Assembly (NCBI GenBank): GCA_023920165.1
Contig: CP089275.1
Coordinates: 682,001 to 746,000, forward strand
DNA: 64,000 nt
Source: Curvularia clavata
Lineage: Eukaryota
Direction: 5' to 3'
A program made the position numbers and the translations under genes. This document shows positions 35,134-45,847 of this stretch, one piece after another. Below the pieces are notes generated by a model. The model was given only the letters and a program-made list of their open reading frames with translations, ran no database searches and was not told the origin of the DNA. Numbering within the stretch: the first letter of the stretch is position 1; the number at the start of each line of letters is the position of its first letter.

Positions 35134-38100
35134 TGTCAGGACCTGGTCCAAATTGGGACATGTTGGTCCAATTCCCTCCTTCTTCACGCTAGTTAGTCAG
35201 CTAGGGCTTACCTAAGGCTATAAAGCCTCCACGATCGCTAGAGGTGCTCAATAGCGATTCGTCTCGTGAATATATGGCTATTAAAGCATAGTTCTCTCTC
35301 ATCTATCTCATGCTGTACCTTCACGCCACTAACAGTCTAACATTCGAATCGCTCTCCTCAAGTACACCTACAAGATGTCAGAGAGAGCCATACTAAACCC
35401 AGGTAGTCGCCAAACTCAGAGCCGCCCAAGGTCAACTCAAAACACAGTAGTAGGGGACTCACAGCCCACTCTAACTAGAGACTCAACCTAGCCATCTTCA
35501 AGTAAACTATCCGAGCCTGCCGTTACGGAGGCAGATCAGGCCGAACTAGCACAGAGAAGCCCAATTCAGGGCAGCCCAGCTCAACTTAAACCACCTCAAA
35601 CCACCATTGCTCAACAGCTAGACGAACTGCGCGCTTAGAGGCAACAAGCGCTTAACAAGCAAAAACTAAAACATCTCCAGAAAGTCAAGCGTCGGTTCGA
35701 CCAAAGTGACACAACAGTACTGACAGAGGACCTATATAAACCACACCATACAGTAGAGATACAACTAGAACTAAACATGGGAGCTCCACAACTAGAAAAA
35801 CCAACACAGTTCACAAGCCGCGATCGTACCGAATACAATCGCTAGAAACGCGAATATAAGACAACATTTAGAGAAAGCCCTAAAACGTTCTAAATAGAGA
35901 CAGTTAAGATCGATTTTAGACTTAAATATATTACTAACCCCCTACGCTCCACATAGAACGCCTATTATCACAACTACTATAGAAAAGACACAAATTGGAC
36001 ACCCACGTGGCTAGACCTAAAGACTATAATAGTAGATTCACTAAAACCACCAGAACAGTAGAAGCTTAAAGCCCACCAAGCTCTCAAACATATCAGACAG
36101 GACTAGTCTCAGAACCTAAACGACCTATTAGCCAAATTAGACACACTTTAGTCCGAATTAGGCAATTCCTACTCAGAAGAGCAGAGAGTAAGAGACTTTA
36201 TAGACGCTTTAACAATAACAGTACAGAAAGAGTTACTTTTACTCAAACTAGGTTAAAGAAGCACAATCTCAGACCTAAACGCGCGAGCGCGACTTATCTA
36301 GGATAGAATGAAAAAAGAGAAGCCTAGCAACGCTAGAACAACGCAGAATAAGCAAGCCAGAAGCAGCACACCACCAAAGAATATAAGAAAGTACGAAAAA
36401 ACCCTAAAAAAACAAAGACGGAACTCTATAGATATAAAAGGTTTATACGCGGCAAACAAGGTTTAAAGACGCGACGTAGAGGGCAAAATTGTCTATTATA
36501 ACTACGGGGAACCCAGACATATTAGTAGGAACTATAGTAAGCACAAATAAAGCCAAGCGGCACCTAAAGAACCCAAACTAGAAAAAGATAAGGGGCGGAG
36601 AATCTAGTAGCCCTACTCTCCACCTATATTGCAAGGCTAGAGCTAGAAGAGGACTTGAAGACACTTCGCGAAGCAATGTTTAGCAAACCTAGCCCACTAT
36701 TGACTATAACAGTGCAAATTGGCTAAGATCTACTCGAAGCGCTAATAGATAGAGGGTCTCAACTAAATCTACTCTTAATCTACTAAGCCAAGGATCACGA
36801 TTTAATAATAACTTCTATACCAAACTTAGTAGCAGAAGCTTTAAGCGGCGCAGAGTTTAAGATTTATAGCACTACAGAGGTGACTATAAAAGTTATAGAT
36901 ATAAGAGAGAGAACTAAATTCTAGAATATACCTTTTATAGTGACAGAAATGAAGCATTACCTAGTATACTTAGATATGCCTTAAGTCGACTTCTACAAGC
37001 CCAAAATAAGCCTCCAATCGCGTCGAGTGCTATTTAGAGGCGTAAAATATATAGATAGGGCTTTATATAAGAAAATCGCGACAGAAAGCGCCAAAAAGTT
37101 TAAGAAAACACTCCAAACGCCTATAATAGACGTTTACGCGCTCAAAGTGTCCACTATAATAGGTTAGAACCCAAGCAATAAGGAAGAGGACTAGGAGGGG
37201 TTGGAGAAGCCCAAGAACGCCCAGGTTGGCCCTGATCAAGCTAAGTTACCTTAGTTGCCACCACAATACGAGGACTTTGCGGATTTGGCCTCAGAAGAGG
37301 ATGCCAAGTGCCTTGCTAAGCATAGCCCGCACAATTTAGTAATAACCTTAAAAGAAGGCACCACGCCACCACATCAGCCGCTATATAGGCTCTCAAAGAG
37401 CGAGTTAGCACTACTCCAGAATTACTTACGTAAGTATCTCGCAAAAAGGTGGATTAGACATTCAAAGTCGCCAGCAGGCGCACCAATACTCTTCGCGAAG
37501 AAGAAAGACGGCATAATAAGGTTATATATAGACTATAGAGGTCTAAACAATATAACGCTCAAAAACCATCACCCTTTACCCTTAATTACAGAGTCCTTAG
37601 ATAGATTAGCTAAAGCAAAATTCTATACCAAGCTAGACGTCCGAGAAGCATATTATAGAGTAAGAATTAAGAAGAGAGACAAGTAGAAGACAGCCTTCCG
37701 CACCAGATACAGCCATTTCAAGTATACTATAATACCTTTTAGCCTTATAAACGCTCCTACACAATTTCAGGCGTACATACACCATATCCTTATAGGATTA
37801 GTAGATATAAGTTATATTATATATTTAGACAATATCCTAGTGTTCTCCAACACAGAAGAGGAGCACGAGAGACACGTACGCGAAGTCTTAAATAGATTAC
37901 GCGAAGCCAAACTATATTTAAAGACTTCAAAGTGTAAATAGCACACCCAACACACTAAGTTCCTTAGCTACACAGTTAGCCCCAAGAGTATAAGTATCGA
38001 CCCAGATCGGGCCAAAACGGCCCAAGAATAGCCAGAACCGCGTACAGTGCGCGATGTCCGCGTGTTTCTAGACTTCATAAACTACTATCGTCGATTCATT

Positions 38101-41100
38101 GCTAACTTCTCCAGAATCACACTACCTTTAACTAAGTTACTAAAAAAGGAGCCGAACGCCGCCAAAAAGGGCAAAGCTCAGCAAAAAGAGAAAAGCGTAC
38201 TACTAATTCTAGACAAAAACGCCAAAAGCGCGTTTAAAACGCTAAAAAACTCCTTTACAGCAGTACCTATCCTAACCCACTTTAATCCAGACAATCAGAC
38301 TAGAGCACAGGTTGATGCGTTAGAAGGAGCGATTACTGGCATCCTAAGCCAGTACATGCCCAAAGAGGCTTGCTAGAGACCCATAGACTTCTACTCGCGC
38401 AAATTAATCGCCACGGAGTACAACTATAACACGCATAACCAAAAGCTACTAGCTATCATCGCTAGTCTCCAACACTAGCAAAGATATTTTGATAGGATAC
38501 ACTTTAATCTAATTACTAACCATCAAAACCTAAAGTAGTTCATAGAAACCAAAACACTGAATCACCGCCAAGTACAGTCTTACTTAGCCCTATCAGGTTT
38601 TAATTTCACAATTGTATACCAACCTAAGAAAACAAACCCCGCTAATAGCCTATCGCGCAGACCCGACTATATAAAAGCCGCCCAAGAGCCAAAGCAGAAG
38701 AATAATAGCGCATATATGCTATCGCTACGCCATCTACTCAAATTCAATACCAAAGAGACTACTATAGCTGCAGCTACCACCACACGATTACAAAGACAGC
38801 AGAATACAGCAGCAAAGCAACATAAAGACCAGAGGCATGCAGCATTGGCTCAAAAGGCCGACTCAGAGACGGACGAATACACTTCGGACTCATATAGCTC
38901 AGAAGAAGACGACGTAGCTAAACCAAGTCCACAAAGGCTCAAACAGGGCCACTCTAGCCCAACCATACCTAAGACGGCACAGGAAAAAGCAGCAGCATTA
39001 AAATAAGGTCACGACGACCCGCTTTCTAGACATTTTAGTGCAAGACGCATATTAGAGAAACTAACGCGCCACTATAAATAGGCTAGCATAAGGAAAGACG
39101 TAGAAGACTACTACAAATTATACCTTATCTATCAAAAATCTACCCTAAAACGGCACCTGCCATACAGGCCCCTTACACCATTACCACCACCCAATAGAGT
39201 CTAGAAAGAAGTAACAATAGACTTTATAACTAAATTGCCACCAAGCAAACTACAAGACATAGTATACGACACAATCCTCGTAATAGTCGACAGACTGACC
39301 AAAATGGCCCATTACGTGCCAGCACGGTCCAATTAGAACAGAGTAGACCTAGCTCAAGTATAGTTACGCGAAGTAATCCGTCTCCATAGCGTACCACGCC
39401 AAATCATATCAGATAGAGGCCCTTTAATAAACTCCACCCATTAGAAGACCTTTCTTCACTACCTTAACTCGAAACGTATACTTACTTTAGCATACCACCC
39501 ACAAATAGATAGCTAGACTGAACGCCAAAATCAGACTCTAGAACAGTACCTCCGCTACTACTATTCCCTAGAGCAGAACGACTGGGCATTATAGATCTCA
39601 GTAGGGGAATACGCGTACAATAACAGTGTACATTCGACTACCAAAGTCACCCCCTTCCAAGCATGCAACGGCATACACCCAAGAGGCGTAGAATAGCCCA
39701 AAGACGCCCAAACTAGAGACGAAAACCCCCTAGCAGCAAGTACTGCCTCAAAAATAATCGAAATACAACAAGAGTACAAGAACAATATTCTAAAAGCGCA
39801 AGAGTACCAAAAATAGCACGCAGATAAGAAAAAACAACCTATTCCTTTTAAGATAGGAGATAAAGTACTACTATCTAATAAGCATATTAAATCCCTACAA
39901 CCAAAGAAGAAGATCGACTAGAAATACATTAGCCTAGACACAATAACTAAACAAATCGGCCCATCAGCATTTAAAGTAGATATACCTAGCCTAAAAAACG
40001 TACATCTAGTGTTCCATACATCCTTACTAGAACAGTATCACCCCCCAGATAATATACCACATCCTAAAGTCCCAACACAACACGAACTAGACAAAACAGG
40101 CGACGATGTCTACCTCGTAGACAAAATAGTGGGACATAGAAAGAACAAAAACAATTAGTAGAAATACTTAGTAAAATAGACTAAATACCCCAACTCTAAA
40201 AATATATAGAAGCCAGCCGCCAATATTACCTAAAAAACGCTTTAAAAGTTCTAGAACAAATCAAATCAGATCCCTCAACACAGACGCGGGCCAAAATAGG
40301 CCAAATAGGGCCAATAGGAGCCAAATTAGCATATATACCTTCACCTACTTTTTTCCCCAAAAAGTTTTATAGGTATTTAACAGCATAAGCTAATTAGGGC
40401 AACCTGGCCCAAATTAGTCCATATTAAACTAACATTACACAACAAAAACTAAAGAATAGAAAAGTAAAGAAAAGAGAATTTTAATTATCACCTCCATCCT
40501 AATGCCCTAGGTATCTCATATAAAAGGGAAGAAAACCACCATAGCCCATACTAACCCAATTTAGACCAAAACAGACAAAACTAGACCCAACCACCCTTAA
40601 TCACCAGCAACTGCGGCCTCGTACTCCTTATTAAGCCTTACCTTAGCTTTTTCCAAGTTCTTAATATCATTAGTAATCTTCCTCTTAGCTTAACTCTTAG
40701 CCCCCTCCTTCTCAGACATTTTTTACAAAATCTCTTTATCAATATCATTAATACGCTTCTAAAGCTCATCAGTAACATCCTTAGCAACCTTAACCTAAAG
40801 AACCAAGTTAGTCCAAATTAGAGTAATTTAGCGTAAATAGGGGGGAAAAAGATCACAAACCTCTTTCTTACGCCCACCAGAGCTATACTTAGACTTCTTA
40901 ACTCTTACCTTAACCAAAGTTTCCACCTTAATCTCATAAGCCTTCCTCTTAACCTCTTCATCCTTCTTAGAGCGGCCAAGAGCAGAAGTCTTCACACTAG
41001 AGCGGGAATCATCTTCCTCCTCAATAGCACCAGAGGAAAGAGACAGATAAGTAGCATAAGGCTCAAACCTACACAAATTAGTCCAATTTAGACCAGATTT

Positions 41101-42464
41101 AGAAAAATTAGATTACTTACTTCTTAAATAACTCAATAATAGGCTTACTAAACATACTAAGTCTAGTAACAGCCACCTCATACATTTCCCTGCGCTCAGC
41201 ACAAACTTCAGCCTCATTAGGACCCTCAGAGATATCTTTGTCAATGGCATAGAAGGCATCCTCAACCTTCCCAATAAGCTAGCCAAGTCTCACCCAGTCA
41301 GGGGAGAACTTATTAGAAGAAGACACCTAACCACTCATTTAGCTCCAAATTAGACCAAATCAGAGCAAAACAGAGCAACTTACCACAAAATAGACACAGT
41401 TGATATAAGAGCAGCAAAGACACTTCATCACCTGCCTAGGCATACCGCCAGACTCCGGTTCAACCTTATAGCCAGACCAAGCCTCAGCTATCTTAGGATT
41501 GTCGATGTCTAACATAACGCAACCCGCTCTACCAAAAGTAACAGACTCATTATCCCTAGAGACGTTCAGACAGCATATACAAGCGTAGTAAGACCTCTAG
41601 CCCTTACGTACGAACAGATTTAACACCATACTACAGTTAACAGATCCAAGTGCGTTCGTCATAGTTCAAGTAGGTCTTAAAGGCCCCAATTTGGGGGTGT
41701 TTAGGACGAATCAGTCAAATCTATCGCAAAATAGATTATATAGGAGGAAACAGCCTAAAAAGAAAAATTAGTAGAAAACTCTAAGTCTAGAGGAAGAACC
41801 TCAGAAAAAGGCAACAAAACCAAAGTCGACTGCAAACTAGCCCAAATTAGGCCAAACTATTGCAAACAGACCGTGGGTGGAAGGTGTCGGGCCCAAACTA
41901 AGAAGACCCACAAAATAGGAGTCTACTTACTAAAGTGGGGTTGGTAGACTATGGGGTGTATTAGGCTTAGTCAAAAACTGGCTATTGTATCCCTGGATCC
42001 GCACTAAATTAGCGCGTCACGTGACTCTTGGCGCTGCCCAGGAGTACCCTGATGGGCCGGGTTGGCCCAAAGTGGGGCAGTCGGCTAGGCAGCAGCGCAA
42101 AACTCCGCTATTATAACGTCATAGCCCTAGGGCGGTAAGCAAATAAAATACACCCTCCAACCCACACGGCGGCATCACCCAGTAATCGCTCAAACTAGGC
42201 GGCAAGCATAATAAGTTACGCAGCTAGAACAGCTACACCCTAAGAAGGGAGATATTATCAGGACCTAGTCCAAATTAGGACATATTAGTCCAATTCCCTC
42301 CTTCTTCACGCTAGTTAGTCAGCTAGGGCTTACCTAAGGCTATAAAGCCTCCACAATCGCTAGAGGTGCTCAATAGCGATTCGTCTCGTGAATACATGGC
42401 TGTTAAAGCATAGTTCTCTCTCATCTATCTCGTGCTGTACCTTCACGCCACTAACAGTCTAACA
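35134..42464 (+). mobile_element. Ty3/Gypsy chromovirus family B, full length, heavily RIP-mutated
   Basis: 209-bp LTRs 35134-35342 and 42256-42464, TSD CTTAT; RT fragments SPAGAPILF, LDVREAYYRVRI; RNase H, integrase and chromodomain remnants. Confidence 0.93.
40597..41662 (-). pseudogene. Antisense three-intron accessory gene inside Gypsy B (RIP-damaged)
   Basis: Introns 41327-41383 and 41069-41120 (GTAAGT..CTAA..TAG) and about 40796-40860 keep one reading frame; Cys clusters in exon 1 and K/E-rich C-terminus. Confidence 0.65.
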
Positions 42465-43129
42465 CTTATCCTCGACCAGCCGTAATAGACGGTGTGTTCT
42501 TTCGTAATAAAGAAGAATATTAAATATAAGAATCTTAGATTACTACTATTATTGAATACGTTATAATTGCAGATCTGCAGGTTCTTAAGAGATCGTATAA
42601 AAGACGTGTCCGCTCGATGAGTATACTAGAGTATTTCATCTCTAGTAAGCTGTTAGATTTTGCTAGTAACCTAGATAAAGATATTTCGAGCAAACCCTAA
42701 AACCTATAGAGCGAGTCCAGACATTGTAACATTGTATATAGTTACTTAATTCGAAATTGAGTTTGGGACCGACGAAAAAGAGGCCGCGATAGTGTATTTA
42801 GAAGAGGTAGAAACGATTAAGGCAATACAGTATAGACGTACTGCTACTCCTACAACACGTTAGTAATATGAAACTAGCAATGTTCATCTAGGGCAACTAA
42901 CTGACTAGATTTCTAGACTTGACATTGACGCTAAGGACTGAATGTGTTCTTATCATGACTGCGGGTTTGGTGGGTGCATGACAATCGATGGGGAAACGAG
43001 GGGCTTGGCAGTGCACGGCCTTCGTCGCAGTGCGTAAGCTGATTCTAACAACTACTTATATAATTTTGAAGATTATACTGCCACCATCAACCAGCAATCA
43101 CAGCTTGTACAATGTAAGCCAAGATTCTA

Positions 43130-43211
43130 TCTTCAGTAGTATAGTGGTCAGTATTTCCGCTTGTCACGTGACAAATCGCGGGAGACCGGGGTTCAATTCC
43201 CCGCTGGAGAG
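43130..43211 (+). tRNA. tRNA-Asp(GTC) with 10-nt intron (43167-43176)
   Basis: Acceptor stem TCTTCAG/CTGGAGA, A box TAGTATAGTGG, anticodon arm TCCGC-TTGTCAC-GCGGG after intron removal, B box GGTTCAATTCC. Confidence 0.96.
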
Positions 43212-43217
43212 CTATTC

Positions 43218-43224
43218 TTTTTTT
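43218..43224 (+). terminator. Pol III terminator
   Basis: T7 run just 3' of the tRNA. Confidence 0.85.
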
Positions 43225-45847
43225 GGAGGAGCGTCGAAAGTTGCAGTCGCGAGACGCGCGCGCCCTAGACTAAGGCGAGTGTTTTTACTTTTTCCTTTTT
43301 CTTCCATCTTCTAATAGACGAAATAAAAGAAAGTACTCTATATTAAAGTGTCGTTACAAGGTTGATTGAATACAAGTTAACGGCTATTCTATCATTATTC
43401 GATAAAGGATGGGTACTTCGAGTATAAGCGCTCTAATTTCTAGATTCTTAGTGTGCATCTAAGCGTTAGTAGTAGAGGAAGTTCTAACTAATCACGCACA
43501 GCCAAACCTGTAGCTAATAATATCTGTAGTTAACCGCCGTATGTGGGAACGTGAATATGCTAAAGAGGAGTTACCCCACCTCAACCTAAACCAATTACTT
43601 ACAAAAGCTACCTTTCATCTCGATATAGGTACTACAACTTGTCTTTCTCCCTATACATTCCATACATGATTCAAGGACTTCTTTTAGATTGTTCAACTGC
43701 AAACTAAACTTTCACGTATGTCAAAGGCAGGGCTGAACAGAAGAACTCTGGCAGAGAAGGTTAGACATATATGCTGATACAACAAATTTGCAGAAGTAAT
43801 CTTACCTAACGACGACTCCCTCACCATATACTATCAAGATGACGGTTGTTGCGGTTTCTAGCACTGCAGCAATCGTATCTGGACCTCCTGTGGCTGCGAC
43901 GGCTGCCTTCGGCGTCGCCTGCGCTCAAGGCGCCGCAGTTGCTGGAGTTGTCGCTGGTGGACCTTCTGCAGCAATGGCCGCTGCAGGTGCAAGTGCGGCG
44001 CTTGTAAACGGCGCTGCGGCTGGCGCCGTGGCAGCGAGTTCTGGTTTGACCACTGCTGCTGGTATTTTTACCACGGTCGCCGGAAGTGCGGTGACAGCGA
44101 TCCCGTGCGGTGGAACCGTTACTAAGGTGCGTCCCTAAGTGACGAGACACACCATGTCCCGAGACAGATTGGCAGTTCGGACCCTCAGCGTGTTCATAGT
44201 GTAGACGAATAGAGCCGTAAGTCATATGTAGTGTTTATGAATTGATTCTCTCATAGGCCAGCAGGCTCCGAACAAAATCTCTGCAGTGTTGATCATACTG
44301 CTGGTCCTCTCGTCAACGTCGTTAAACGATCCTTCGGTAAGACACCCCTGTCTACTCGCCACCACCGGGATTATCTTAAATATCGGAGGACTAAGGCAGA
44401 CGTGCGTTCGAAGGAGGCCATATTCTCATGCTCTGGAGACTACTTTAGTGTATATGTGTGCATGCCGAGGCCTCTGTAGTGGGGAGTAGATGATCCCTGT
44501 AGATAGGCCTAAACTAATGGGATGTGCAAATACGTCTTAGCATGTATCTGCCTGCATTAGCGCATATGTAAGACGCTTGTATTCTACTGTAATAAATTCA
44601 GCGCTATGCCTACTTTGCATTGCCCTCGAAACATGTGTGGCACATGCCAACGACTAACTTGAGACGAAACACGACAAACAGCGAGAAATCAATTTTTGGA
44701 ATTATCGTCACAAAGGACTGGAAACACACCCGCCAATAGCCGCAAAAGTCTCTATAGGCCATCGCGCGTTCCCCCGCGTCGGTTTGGCACCTGCAGAGCC
44801 ACTGTTGCGGCCCTGGCTGGCATAGATAGCAAAATTTACGAGCAAGCTACTTTACATGACACACCCACCAAATACAGTAGCAGCTATCTAGCCACAACAC
44901 AGCAACGCAAGACGCGACGATGGAGCCCAGACACCCCATTCAGCATCATAGTCACATTACGCACACACAAAGTCATTGATGGGCTTCCTAGCTAGCCTAT
45001 TACCATCCGACAATGTCTGCAACGTCCCGCATCGACGAGGTCTTGAGCTGAACGGCATCATCTCTCACGCGAACTACCTCACAGACACCCGGCATGCTAC
45101 TATCGGTGCCACTATACACTTATAGATCACCAGAGAGCCTCGTCCACTGTCGCCCCACGTGTTGAAGGACTGGTCCCTCTTTGATATACCTGACAAGGTC
45201 TGAGGAGGTTCGCATGAGAGCTCTCATGCTTAGTAGGCTTGACGATACGCACGAACGGAGCATCGCTTCTGTGAAACTGCGTTGTGACGAAATGCTGCTG
45301 CCGCTGTGCCTGGTGGTAGGTCACACCACAAGATACAGCCACATAGGAACCTAGTAGACGGCATTATAACACTTGAAGAATATCAGAGTTTGGGGAATAT
45401 ACTTTGAGCTCTAGGGGTATTAGGGCAAGCTAGCACACACGATAGCTGAACGCTAGGGGGAGACTGAAGGTATTATAGACGCAAAGTATGAGGCAACTGT
45501 GCCTCTACGAGCCTTGAACAACGCTGCATATACGAGGCTTTGAGCACGGCATATATATGGAAACACAGTTTGCAGAACACATACATAGGCAAAAGACGTT
45601 ATTTCTAGAGACGAAATGTACATAGTCGTATATAGAAGCTAGACAACGGTAGGCCTCTGGGGATAGATGGCTCTTTCGAGAGTGAAGTGGGGCGTTGTGG
45701 ACTCACGTGCGCATCGCGTCGACTGTCTGCCATGCCAGTCATCCGGGTATAGCTGTGGAGATCACGGCTGAAACCGAGTAGGATATAATCAATCAATCAA
45801 TCAATCAATCGACTAAATTGAGACCTGGATAAAGCTACTAAGGGTGG

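Larger units (their letters stand above)
34976..42737 (-). pseudogene. 5' fragment of a probable fungal protein kinase gene, RIP-mutated and split by Gypsy B
   Basis: Joining 42465-42737 to 34976-35133 across TSD CTTAT gives ...HTVYYGWSRIRKLTLDIANKNLKLVADKDVYLEV...CFIKGLALIFYKEL, like the VYP...yiK.P.L..Y pre-kinase region. Confidence 0.4.

Noticed and set aside
42988..43314. 108-aa ORF spanning the tRNA
   Set aside because: Overlaps a clear tRNA gene and has no protein features
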